64,000 nucleotides of DNA from a virus. Its lineage: Duplodnaviria > Heunggongvirae > Uroviricota > Caudoviricetes. The translations under genes were made by a program, and so were the position numbers. How positions within the stretch are numbered: position 1 is the stretch's first letter; each line of letters opens with the position of its first letter. The stretch lies in the IMG/VR virus record IMGVR_UViG_3300001242_000012, one strand, 5' to 3'. The notes beneath the pieces were generated by a model that was given only the letters and a program-made list of their open reading frames with translations, made no database searches and was not told where the DNA came from. Shown here in pieces: positions 41,176-51,618 of the stretch.

Positions 41176-41751
41176 TTATACAGCAGTTTTACTGATTAGT
41201 AAATTATATCTACTGATAGCTGAATTCAATGCAGGAGCTATGATGTTAGCCATCTTCATTACAATATTCAATCTGGTATTTTGTAAAACAAGGTATTCCA
41301 TATAGCCAGCTACATTTACTATTCCAATAATATGAATGCATCCTACGGGAGGTAATTTCTTATTTACACCAGATCCAGGGTGTATAGGGCCATCTTCTAT
41401 GCGTACATGTCCTATATTCTCTGATTTGCCAAGACAAGCATCAATAGCAATTATGAATGCACCTGGGTGATTAGCATTAATTATCTCAATTGTTTCTTCT
41501 AAATCACTTGCACCAACTGGCTTATCTAATGTTCCATACAAGTGGAACTCATTATCCATTGAGCTCAGTATATGTCCAGTTAACGGTCCTAAGCTGTCAC
41601 CTGTGGAACGGTCAGTTCCTATGCAAATGACAACTATGGATTGAAATAGATATACTTTATACTTAAATAAGTAGTCAAATATAAAGTTTGAGAAGACTCT
41701 TGAGCCAGTTTGTAGATCTAAAGTATTATCTTCCAAACTAACATATTGCAT
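41176..41751 (-). CDS. YyaC-family (GPR/HybD-like) putative sporulation-associated protease
   Basis: ICIGTDRSTGDSLGPLTG matches the YyaC/DUF1256 signature GTDRSTGDxLGPLxG. Confidence 0.55.
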   Translation of the reverse strand: MQYVSLEDNTLDLQTGSRVFSNFIFDYLFKYKVYLFQSIVVICIGTDRSTGDSLGPLTGHILSSMDNEFHLYGTLDKPVGASDLEETIEIINANHPGAFIIAIDACLGKSENIGHVRIEDGPIHPGSGVNKKLPPVGCIHIIGIVNVAGYMEYLVLQNTRLNIVMKMANIIAPALNSAISRYNLLISKTAV

Positions 41752-41762
41752 ATTGCACCCTC

Positions 41763-42116
41763 CTAATTAGCTGTGGTAAGTATAATATGAGTATTGAATA
41801 TCATAACTCTATACATGCGTTTATGTCTTGCATATTCCCATGTAATGATATCACGCTGTTTCAAATTAGGAATATTTCTAATAACTTCAATAAAATTAGT
41901 ATTCTGAACTTTAAAAATACCAACATCGTCTGCTGCATAAATTATTTTATCTTTTAATTCGAGGTAATTCAACTGTTTGAAATCTTTTATTTCAGTTGCA
42001 CGTAAATTCCACAACTGTTGATCCTGGAAAGCTTCAGATATGCTGTCTGCTTCAACAAGTAGAATTTTATCATTAGTTAGTATAAACTGAAATACCTTTA
42101 CATCAAACATTAGCAT
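41763..42116 (-). CDS. hypothetical protein
   Basis: 117-aa ORF. Confidence 0.4.
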   Translation of the reverse strand: MLMFDVKVFQFILTNDKILLVEADSISEAFQDQQLWNLRATEIKDFKQLNYLELKDKIIYAADDVGIFKVQNTNFIEVIRNIPNLKQRDIITWEYARHKRMYRVMIFNTHIILTTAN

Positions 42117-42684
42117 TCCTCCTATAATTTACTCCATACACCTCTCATGAAAAGAGGTGAGAGCAGTAAATTAACACCTCTTCTCATAACATTGCCAGCA
42201 CATCTTATCCTCATAGACAACCTGTGCATCTTCAGGTAGTGACTCAACACCACACAGGTCAACAGATTCAAATATGTCCTCAAGCATTTCCATGTTCTCT
42301 TCTCTGTTGACCTTAGTTCCACAACTAACACACCTACCCATTGTTATCTAACTCCTTTATTCTTCTACTTAATGTTGCACAAGAGCAGTCAGCACTTAAC
42401 TTAGAGCAATTTATACAGCAAAACTTATCGCCTGTTTTAGAACATGGTGCTGATTTACATATTCCATTACTGAAGAATCCACAGTTTTTAACTAAATTAT
42501 ACACCTTACCTCCTATAAGTAATGATGAATATATATAGAGATACTAGTACTGCAATAAATAGCGATCCTATCATCCCATAAAATATCACTAACTCTACTA
42601 TTGAAGGTGGAGTAACAATAGAGATATCCGGCGGTTTAATTATAGGTGCTGGCATAGGCATAAGAAACACATATTAACCTCCAG

Positions 42685-43227
42685 TTATGAAAGAACTTTT
42701 ACCATATAAGCATATACAGCTGCAATAGATTTGAGGCAGCTGATCTCACCACTATCTATCTTACCCAATACATCGGGAATTGGAATCCCGACTACTTCTA
42801 TGTTCTCATTCTCTGTGGGCTCTGGATTGCCTTCAGTGAGATCGGTTGCAAGTAGTATATGTATATTCTCAGTTAAGAATCCTGGTGAACTTAAACCAGA
42901 AAGTAGAGTCTCAATGCTACCAGCAGTATATCCAGTTTCCTCCTTGAATTCCCTTAGACCAGCCATATATTTAGATTCGCCTGGATCTATCTTACCAGCT
43001 GGAAGTTCTAGAAGTATTCTTCCTACAGCATGCCTATACTGCCTGATAAAGATCATATTGTTACTCTTGTCGATACCTAATATAGCTACAGCATTACAAG
43101 ATTCAACGACCTCTCTTATTGTAGGCTTACAATCATCCACTTGCACTTTATCAACTCTTACGGCCATCCTTTTTCCTCGGAATACAGTTTCACCATGTAT
43201 TAACTTTTCAATCTTAGCTGGCATCAT
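42685..43227 (-). CDS. NUDIX hydrolase (ADP-ribose pyrophosphatase-like)
   Basis: Nudix box LPAGKIDPGESKYMAGLREFKEETGY (Gx5Ex7REUxEExGU). Confidence 0.75.
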   Translation of the reverse strand: MMPAKIEKLIHGETVFRGKRMAVRVDKVQVDDCKPTIREVVESCNAVAILGIDKSNNMIFIRQYRHAVGRILLELPAGKIDPGESKYMAGLREFKEETGYTAGSIETLLSGLSSPGFLTENIHILLATDLTEGNPEPTENENIEVVGIPIPDVLGKIDSGEISCLKSIAAVYAYMVKVLS

Positions 43228-43376
43228 ATTACCTCCTTAATCCATTATTATAATTTTACACTTGGGACAAGCATACAATGTTACGGGCACCATACTCTGG
43301 TTTATGTATGCTTCAAAATCTCCAATAATATGAATGAAATCATACACCGTACCTTCGTACCCGCAAACCGGACATT

Positions 43377-43571
43377 TCATTCATTATCCTCCAATTCTAT
43401 TAATTTCATATACCGAACTATACCCTTACAATAAGGGCACATATATACATATAGATTTCTGCGTAGTTTATCAGTAATACTAGTAATCTGACCAAAGAAT
43501 TTGGTAGTAGCCTTATCCCATTCTTCCTCAGAATTTATAGCATCACATTTGGGACATATATGTTTAATCAT
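43377..43571 (-). CDS. zinc-ribbon protein, tandem paralog 1
   Basis: CPKCD...EWD...CPYCKG. Confidence 0.5.
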   Translation of the reverse strand: MIKHICPKCDAINSEEEWDKATTKFFGQITSITDKLRRNLYVYMCPYCKGIVRYMKLIELEDNE

Positions 43572-43783
43572 CTCTTCAGCTTTATGTTCAACTTTGTTAA
43601 TATAAGTTGAACAAATTCAGACTTTTTCCCACAATGAGGACAATGATAATAGCAACCATTCCTATTCTTTAAATCTGTCATGGACACTATTCTATTATAA
43701 TATTTAAGAGTTCCATTATCCCATTCACCAAAGGTGCTCATCTTATCACACCTTGGGCAAATAGCTGCATCAATAGTTAACAT
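43568..43783 (-). CDS. zinc-ribbon protein, tandem paralog 2
   Basis: CPRCD...EWD...CPHCGK. Confidence 0.5.
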   Translation of the reverse strand: MLTIDAAICPRCDKMSTFGEWDNGTLKYYNRIVSMTDLKNRNGCYYHCPHCGKKSEFVQLILTKLNIKLKR

Positions 43784-43977
43784 TTTACCTCCTTAGTAAT
43801 ATCAATAAATATAATACTGTAGAGATGAACAAACTTTCCACAATTAGGACATACATATAAAAGCACACTAATTTTATTAGTTATAGATACTACTCCACCG
43901 AATGTATACTTAGTAGATTCATCCCATTTATCTAGTATATTAATCTTATCACACTTAGGGCATACTGCAACTTCCAT
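43777..43977 (-). CDS. zinc-ribbon protein, tandem paralog 3
   Basis: CPKCD...KWD...CPNCGK. Confidence 0.5.
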   Translation of the reverse strand: MEVAVCPKCDKINILDKWDESTKYTFGGVVSITNKISVLLYVCPNCGKFVHLYSIIFIDITKEVKC

Positions 43978-44243
43978 TATCTCACTCCAATATCACGTGG
44001 GGTTACAATGCCATTTTCAAAGTTATATGTAACCCTAGCCTCATTAGCATTAAGAGCTTTAAGGTACATTGCTTTACCCACTATATATTCTACTTTCCTA
44101 CCTTCTATTAATACATAGATAGAGTAGGAACGAGAACAGTCGTAATCAAACTCCTTAGCATCATATATTTTAACTACATCAGTATGTATAGGAGCGCATC
44201 CTGTGCATAATAATATAAGCAGTATTATATATAGCACTCTCAT
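43977..44243 (-). CDS. lipoprotein
   Basis: MRVLYIILLILLCTGC lipobox. Confidence 0.45.
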   Translation of the reverse strand: MRVLYIILLILLCTGCAPIHTDVVKIYDAKEFDYDCSRSYSIYVLIEGRKVEYIVGKAMYLKALNANEARVTYNFENGIVTPRDIGVR

Positions 44244-44551
44244 GCATTACCCTCCTCAAATTTATATCGTAAGAAAAGACAAGCACATTCAGGTCCGAAT
44301 TCAGCACAATTAATGCAGCATGCAAATTCATTCTTGATATGCCCATTTAATATACTATGAATCCAATCTGCATCATATACATGTATACGATTCTTGAGCC
44401 CAACACCTCCAATACTCATGCACTTGTATATACACATTCCATTAGAAAAGCTTTCACATTTTCCAACTTCATGTGAAGGCAATTTAGGATGATGTATTCT
44501 ATAAATCCAATATACCAATAGTATCAATGCTGAAAGTAATAATACTCTCAT
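44240..44551 (-). CDS. secreted/membrane Cys-rich protein (CCINC family)
   Basis: N-terminal hydrophobic helix plus FSNGMCIYKC...FACCINCAEFGPECAC. Confidence 0.45.
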   Translation of the reverse strand: MRVLLLSALILLVYWIYRIHHPKLPSHEVGKCESFSNGMCIYKCMSIGGVGLKNRIHVYDADWIHSILNGHIKNEFACCINCAEFGPECACLFLRYKFEEGNA

Positions 44552-44913
44552 ATCTTCTCAAGCGCATTCAGTGTTATATATATTGCTTGTATAGCTAAGA
44601 TGATGAGAGATATTACTATATTAGCTGCCAATGAAGTATGCGGCTCACGTTTTCTATCTATAAGATATCCGGCAGCACACATAGATGCTGCCATATTTAT
44701 GATTAAGAGAATAAATACTATTGTTACTGTGTATGCATTCTCTATAATGCCAATGGCTATAGTTATAGAGAATGGTAGCGCAGCCATTATACCAAGAGAT
44801 AACTTTAACCACTTAGGGCAAGGCTTATATCTGTCTAATTGTATGCATATACTAATTAATGCAAATAGTGTGATGATCACTAGGGCTTCTATAATCAGTA
44901 ATACTTGTAGCAT
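44548..44913 (-). CDS. multi-pass membrane protein
   Basis: 121 aa with 3-4 hydrophobic helices. Confidence 0.45.
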   Translation of the reverse strand: MLQVLLIIEALVIITLFALISICIQLDRYKPCPKWLKLSLGIMAALPFSITIAIGIIENAYTVTIVFILLIINMAASMCAAGYLIDRKREPHTSLAANIVISLIILAIQAIYITLNALEKI

Positions 44914-45120
44914 TATATCACCTCGTAATATATATAATGATATTATCGCATATGAAGTATGCTAGAGACATAACGAATACCACAAATGAAGATACATATA
45001 ATCCAAGCGCTGGGATATTAATATTCCTTTCTTCAAAAGTCTTATAGAATAAGATTTGTGTCGTTATAAAAATAACGAATGAGCTTACTATAAGTGATAT
45101 GTTATTCATAATTTTGCCTC

Positions 45121-45576
45121 CTATAAGTCGTATATCTTTGATATACTAATGCCATAGTTAGATCCAGGCAATATAGCTTGCACTAAGGAAATTATCTTAT
45201 TTGGATCGCAGTATGCATATCTACTGGATCTACTCATTTTTCCAGTACCCATATGCTTGTACCATGTTACATAGTCTACGAGCCTGTAAGGATATCTCTT
45301 GAGTAGAGACAGACCATACTCGGTAACTACATAATCTGATCCATCAGTTAGTAGACAATCAGTTTCAACTAACTTATTAAGATACGATAGCCTCTTACTC
45401 TTATTCATTCCCCATAACGGTCCCCATGGAGCACGTAATCTAGTACCAGCTCTCCAATGACCATTATGTAAATCAGCTCTTATACCACCTATGCCTTCAT
45501 CACCAGGATAGTGATACAGGTAGCATAATATTGTGAACATACGATGCCGATCATTCTTATAGCGCATAGATGTCAC
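45121..45576 (-). CDS. hypothetical protein
   Basis: 151-aa ORF. Confidence 0.45.
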   Translation of the reverse strand: MTSMRYKNDRHRMFTILCYLYHYPGDEGIGGIRADLHNGHWRAGTRLRAPWGPLWGMNKSKRLSYLNKLVETDCLLTDGSDYVVTEYGLSLLKRYPYRLVDYVTWYKHMGTGKMSRSSRYAYCDPNKIISLVQAILPGSNYGISISKIYDL

Positions 45577-46655
45577 CTCTAACTATTTCCTTTTCTTATA
45601 TCCTGCTTTAAACTTCCTGCAGGCAAGGTTAAAAGGCTTAGTTAAGCCTTTACACTTTGTGCATTTATTTACGCTAGTCAGATAGAAGGCACAATCCCTA
45701 CAAAAATCCCGTAGCATAGGTTTATAGCAATATGTAGAACGACGCATTATATTAGTCACTCCTTCTACGCAGATTATTCATTTGCAGCTCTTCGTCTTAC
45801 AACCATTGCAGGATTTACAATGTCTTGTATAAGCAGCATGATAAGAGTAGGAACAATTGCATGGCTCCAGATTATCAGCACAATTAGCACAAACTTCAGG
45901 ATCATATTTAATTTGATCTTCCATCTTACATATCGTATTAAACACATCAAACTTACTTCTAGCTTTGTCATTTATAACGAATTGATCACAACTATGGCAT
46001 TCTTCAGGATTAACTAATCTATTAGTTTTACCACAAACCATAACTATCACCCCTTATCTTCCCTGCAGTAATCTGAGAGCTTTGTTCACTTGTCTGAGGG
46101 CATTAAGCCGAGCCTCCATATTATCATGCTTATCAGCAACAACAAAGCCACGTATGATAGAAATAAGGGCTTTCCTCTCAGCCTTCAGTACTCTTACAGC
46201 ATAACGACAACCTCCGATGATGTCGTCATATTTATCGCGGTACTTCTTAACTTCAATACTCAGTTGCACAAGATCTGCATCATCATAGATGTCTGCATTC
46301 TCTGATGCTATGTAGTTATTCAATAAGTCTCCGAATAACTGTCTCATAATTCTCCTCCGTATATTCTGTTAAGGTCTTTTATGACATCTAACAGAATATC
46401 AACTTTAGTCCTAGCAATTGTAGCACTAATACTAGAACCTTTAGTCTCTGGCATTATATTGACTATCTCAGTCAGTAATTTTGTTATCTCACCTTCAATT
46501 ATTGGGTGAGGCATTTACCTAGATAAGTAGGCCATAAATGCCTGTGTGTCTTCTGGACTTAGATTTACATCAAGATACGGGTCTACTTTAATTCGAAGCT
46601 GAGTGTCTCTACCACCAAACACCACAGCTTCGAAACCATTAGATATAAAAGGCAA

Positions 46656-47216
46656 TTATTCCACCCCCACGAACCCAAGTTTAGGTTTACTGAGGTCAAA
46701 GTTAGCAAGGATATATTCAACATCTGGATTCATGATGAACGGATTACCACTTGGTAGATATACATAGATATGGTTATACTTATTGTCATACTCATTACCT
46801 TCGTATGTGCTCTTATTATGCTCGAACACATAGACAGCATGAATATCAAGCATGCCAAAATCTGGTAATGTCATTTCTTTCTCATCCTTAGTGATATTAC
46901 CATTACCACTATATTCATATGTCTTACTCTCACCGAATACAAGATCTGTACCAAGCAAGTTAATACCTTGGCCTATATGTTCTTTACTACCTGCCCATGA
47001 ATGTTCCATTATGTGGTTAGGTAAAGTTATTGCCTTCCCAAATTCCTTGGCATCTTCAAATACCTTAATGCCATATTGGATATTAATATCAAGATTATTA
47101 ATGACAGACTCAATCCTAAGCTTATCAAGTCTACCACCAGTGCGCTTAATTAGCACACCAGTCAACATAGCTTTCTTCTCAAGCTCGGTCAAGGTTTTAA
47201 ACATATATCCTTTCAT
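46656..47216 (-). CDS. hypothetical protein
   Basis: 186-aa ORF. Confidence 0.45.
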   Translation of the reverse strand: MKGYMFKTLTELEKKAMLTGVLIKRTGGRLDKLRIESVINNLDINIQYGIKVFEDAKEFGKAITLPNHIMEHSWAGSKEHIGQGINLLGTDLVFGESKTYEYSGNGNITKDEKEMTLPDFGMLDIHAVYVFEHNKSTYEGNEYDNKYNHIYVYLPSGNPFIMNPDVEYILANFDLSKPKLGFVGVE

Positions 47217-47588
47217 ACTACCTCCTTATACACTAGCTACATTTTTTAATAGCTAATGGTGCAGGATATTGCTCCTGCGGGCATTATAATATTACCACCA
47301 CTGCTCATTGCCCAGATGAGCAGGGATAGCATATTATAGAGGAGGTTAACAATTACCAATATATGGTATATAGCAACTTAGATCTGTAATATAGTGCCAA
47401 ATGTCATGTTACAATACCTTTGAATGCTATCACCATAAATACTAAAGCCTGTATTAACAATAATACTAATGTGATATTACTACTGCATTCGTAATACTTA
47501 TCTTCAATTATATTACACATTGATAATGTCCACATCATTAATGTTATTACAAAGCTTATTACCAATAACATAGTTAGCGTATCTAACA

Positions 47589-48164
47589 TTATGCTCCTTT
47601 CTTACGATTGAAGATATTGTGCATATCATAACACTTATAGCTATCATGATATCCATAGACTCCATTTTTGGTATATCGAACTAGCCCATACCATCTGAGC
47701 TGTTTCTTCTTCAGTTTTTCAATAATCTTAGCTTCAACAATGGTGTATGCATGACTGCACCAATTGTGCAAGCCTTGCAATGCATTTTCAGGACTAGTTC
47801 CTGCGTAGATACCACTTAACTCATGAATTAAAGTCTCATGTATCATGTGGTACTTGCAGTTAATTTTATAGAAGTTAGGAGTCCATTCAAGGATGACAGC
47901 AGCAATATAGCCATGTTCTCCTTGACCAGTATAAGACCTATACCTGAATCCTTCAGGCAATGGAACCTGAGCCAATAATTCAGGTATGTAATCCTCAATA
48001 AGTTCAGCATAAGCTTTCATCATGTATTCCTGAGTTCCTTGTACTTGCCACGCAATATTAGTATATGGCATTACAGGATTATCTGTCATGACCTTAATCT
48101 TAGCAGCTACTGCTTTACTAAACCAGCCACTATGAACGTCTTCAATCAATGTTGTTGCGCTCAT
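47589..48164 (-). CDS. hypothetical protein
   Basis: 191-aa ORF. Confidence 0.45.
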   Translation of the reverse strand: MSATTLIEDVHSGWFSKAVAAKIKVMTDNPVMPYTNIAWQVQGTQEYMMKAYAELIEDYIPELLAQVPLPEGFRYRSYTGQGEHGYIAAVILEWTPNFYKINCKYHMIHETLIHELSGIYAGTSPENALQGLHNWCSHAYTIVEAKIIEKLKKKQLRWYGLVRYTKNGVYGYHDSYKCYDMHNIFNRKKGA

Positions 48165-48445
48165 TGCATATTCCTCCTTGGACTAAATTCTCAAAGCTAC
48201 AATTAGTGCATAGACCATCAACTACTTCGGGACTCTAACCATACTTGTGGCATAACTAATCTCCAAAAATCATTAATAACCCAGTTATGAATACAAATGA
48301 ACCTGCACATGTTATGACTGCAATATTGAATAATTTTTCCTTTAACATCCCAAATTGATGTAATAGGAAAGTTACTATGGATGCAGTAATTGTTACTGTA
48401 AGCAATATCTCTAAAATCAATATAAACATATCTAACACTTCTTCC

Positions 48446-49015
48446 TTATAAAAAATAAAGTAGTAACTCTTCACCAGGCGGCAATGGACAGTGTTCCTTC
48501 CACTGTAGTTTCCTGACCACTGACCACCCATTAAAGTTAATATTACTAAAGTCATACTTATCATACAATCTACTGTCAATTGATAAACGTAATGAAATAT
48601 AATCTGGGCAGTACTGAATAAGAACTTCTGACAGTTGTTTTAAAGCAACAATATCAGCGTCAGTGGATTCATAATGGACTGTATAGTGTAGTCCGTGAAT
48701 GTATCTGAATATTACTTTATAGAAATCTCTAAGCTCATTATTATACAATGCACTATAGAGATAAACCTTACCATTGTATTTTACATCATTGAGCCGTTGT
48801 ACAAATTCTAATATATTTTTAGGTATCTTACAAGGCTCACCACCTGTGATAATGATCTCCTTATAATCTAGGAGATCATTTGGATTTGAAATGAGTTTTG
48901 CCCTACCAATCATATCGGTAGTTGAGCAGTTAGGACACTTCCTATCACACCTCAGTGTAGTAATCACTCTTGCTTTATCCATCCACACGCCTCCCTTAGA
49001 TAAGCGCAACCACAT
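48446..49015 (-). CDS. radical SAM protein (small activase/QueE-like)
   Basis: LRCDRKCPNCS (Cx3Cx2C) and IIITGGEPC (GGEP SAM-binding motif). Confidence 0.5.
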   Translation of the reverse strand: MWLRLSKGGVWMDKARVITTLRCDRKCPNCSTTDMIGRAKLISNPNDLLDYKEIIITGGEPCKIPKNILEFVQRLNDVKYNGKVYLYSALYNNELRDFYKVIFRYIHGLHYTVHYESTDADIVALKQLSEVLIQYCPDYISLRLSIDSRLYDKYDFSNINFNGWSVVRKLQWKEHCPLPPGEELLLYFL

Positions 49016-49170
49016 CTATAACTGAGACTTGCGCAATTAATACAACATTTATATCTATGCTTATCACTTCTACGAGAATAAGATTTTAATGTTATGCCGC
49101 AAATAGTTTTACAAGGCATTCTACAGCTTCCATCATAGAAGTATGGGCATTTACTAGTTATGTCATACAT
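48964..49170 (-). CDS. small Cys-rich protein (MYDITS.C.YF..G.C..PC...CC.NC family)
   Basis: Paralog of 49163..49372 and relative of 50516..50734. Confidence 0.45.
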   Translation of the reverse strand: MYDITSKCPYFYDGSCRMPCKTICGITLKSYSRRSDKHRYKCCINCASLSYRCGCAYLREACGWIKQE

Positions 49171-49372
49171 TACTATTCCTCATGTGTAATCTCATTTTAT
49201 AACATCCACAATCTGCGCTAACGTTCACACAATTAGCGCAGCATTTATACTCATACATATCAGATGCATGGCCACTATACTTTATTGTAGTCGTACCAAG
49301 TAACGTTTTCATACATGGTAGACGACACATACCATTTTTAAAGTAGACACACCTACTAGTTATGTCATACAT
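49163..49372 (-). CDS. small Cys-rich protein (same family)
   Basis: MYDITSRCVYFKNGMCRLPC...KCCANCVNVSADCGC. Confidence 0.45.
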   Translation of the reverse strand: MYDITSRCVYFKNGMCRLPCMKTLLGTTTIKYSGHASDMYEYKCCANCVNVSADCGCYKMRLHMRNSNV

Positions 49373-49944
49373 TATAGCTTTATGAATCCAGATAACTGAA
49401 CAATGAACACATCACTGAGTGTACACGAGCCATCAGTCATCGTAACCTTAATGATATCTCCTACAGACATGGATCTTCCCCTATAGTCATCAGGACGATA
49501 TACATTAAATTTAGTGAATAAGTGTTCTGCCAGTTCCTCAGTCGGGTAATTATCAGGATTAGGCGTGAATTCACCCTTATCCGTATACACTAATTGATAA
49601 TCACTAAACATCATAGGCTGTTGGTAGATGCTTGCAATGTACTCTATATTACATCCAACGACAACAACATTGTCTAAGGACACATAATCTGAATATCCAT
49701 TGTATATATTGCTCTCAGCAGTTACACAGTGGATAGTGTCATCCAGAACACGGGCCATAGCCTTTACTTTCTCGCCCTTTCTGAATACTACCACGAATCT
49801 ACCACAGTTATCGGCATACTCATCCTTAATGAATGTAATAGTAACTGGGATTTCCTTACCTACACAACTATCATGTTTGCATGCAGGACAATTTCCGCAA
49901 CCATTGAATTTGCCTATTTTAAGCATGATGGACCTCCTATTCAT
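49372..49944 (-). CDS. hypothetical protein
   Basis: 190 aa; N-terminal CGNCPACKHDSC. Confidence 0.45.
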   Translation of the reverse strand: MNRRSIMLKIGKFNGCGNCPACKHDSCVGKEIPVTITFIKDEYADNCGRFVVVFRKGEKVKAMARVLDDTIHCVTAESNIYNGYSDYVSLDNVVVVGCNIEYIASIYQQPMMFSDYQLVYTDKGEFTPNPDNYPTEELAEHLFTKFNVYRPDDYRGRSMSVGDIIKVTMTDGSCTLSDVFIVQLSGFIKL

Positions 49945-50515
49945 ACCTATTATAATCTAAATCTATCCATAGTGAGCATGTCTTACATTTTTCATTACCA
50001 TTGCCTGTACACAATGGATAGATTGTATCCTCCCATATCTTTGGTGCTGCAGCCACAACAATTTCTATTACATATACCGTTCTTGAAGCTAGTACATTTA
50101 GTCACTATGTTAAATACATCTATGATATCACTTCCTAGTGATTAGAATGTAGACAACTAATCTGGCCCAAAACATTCTTCATACCATGCATCACATGGTT
50201 CGCTACAATCTATGGTACATTTCCTACAACACTTTGGTTTAGTGTCTTTACATTCGTCTTTCATAGGTATACTAGTCTCACAATTCTTATCATATTCCAT
50301 TATATCACTCCTCCCGTATCGTATATTATACAGAATATAATCATAGTTACTATCAGAATGATAATGGAGCACATAATACAATCATACATACGTATAAGCT
50401 GCTCATTACTAATCTTTCCCTTACATACTAGTGATACAATAAGTGGGCCTATCATTATTAGTAATGCTATAATCATTATGACGTACGCCAGTGTATCTGC
50501 TATGTTACATTCCTC

Positions 50516-50734
50516 CTAATGCTGTATCACAAATCTTATTTTTTGGCAACAACACCTGTAACTGAGATGAACGCAATTTATACAACATGGAGCAGGACTA
50601 TCCTCAAATGCCATACCTTCGTATTTACCATATGGTATACTACACATAAACTTACACATACCGTTATCATACCATATACACTTATTAGTTACATTGTAGA
50701 TACTGTGCATTATATACCTCCTGTAACTATTCAT
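50516..50734 (-). CDS. small Cys-rich protein (CCINC family)
   Basis: NKCIWYDNGMCKFMC...PCCINCVHLSYRCCC. Confidence 0.4.
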   Translation of the reverse strand: MNSYRRYIMHSIYNVTNKCIWYDNGMCKFMCSIPYGKYEGMAFEDSPAPCCINCVHLSYRCCCQKIRFVIQH

Positions 50735-50805
50735 GCACCCATTAGAACTAAGGCCATATCTCTCATACTATATATCTACTATATAGCCTAGATAACTATA
50801 TATTT

Positions 50806-51590
50806 TCTCCTCTATATAGGGCACAGGACTACTTATGGCCACTTATCACCGGACAGAGCTTCATATTGCCTTACAGGGTATCTCCCTCTCATTTAGAGAG
50901 TATTTCTAATCTCAATCAATTTATCACCAATCCTGAGGCAATGGCACCCATTACTAAGGTCAGCACAGTTTATACAGCACTTATATATATGATAGTCCTC
51001 TATAATCATATCTTTAAGTGTATATACTATTTCTCCCTTATAGTTTAGTAATGCCCTACACTTTCTATTGCACATACCATCATTATAGTATGGACACTTA
51101 CTAGTTATACTATATATGCTATCACCCCTATATATTTATATTAATATCTTCCCTATATAGGAATTGTCAGATAATTCTCAGATTTCTCCCTATATAGGGA
51201 CTAACATTACATCTTACAGAGTATCTTCCATAGAATGACTGCTATTATTATTAGTACAACAGTTTGTAACATTATATCACCTCCTTATGCTATATATAAG
51301 ACTATAAGTGCACATCATAAATATATACACACATATACACTAGTGCCGCATTCAAATCCTATTGTAGCTGAAAGCCTATGATATAGCCGAAGGCTTAGCT
51401 CACAATGCCCTTAATTCTCACCAGGATGCCCTACAGCATGAGCTAACTCCACTTCAGGTATTACGAGTCCTGAAGTGAAAATTAGCTACTGTACGGGCCT
51501 TAAATCAAAGCAACTAGGATATCTTAATGTGTTATACTAATTACTAATGTGTTATACTAATACGGTATTTCCCTATATAGAGATAATCGT
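50806..51590. repeat. cluster of at least 5 copies of a CCCTATATAG(G/A) palindromic motif plus a tandem TAATGTGTTATACTAAT x2 repeat, in a mostly non-coding stretch
   Basis: Motif copies at about 50811, 51151, 51187 and 51571, with a degenerate one at about 51127. The tandem 19-mer is at 51527-51564. Confidence 0.5.
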
Positions 51591-51618
51591 ATTAGTATGT
51601 CACAATTAACTTAATATG

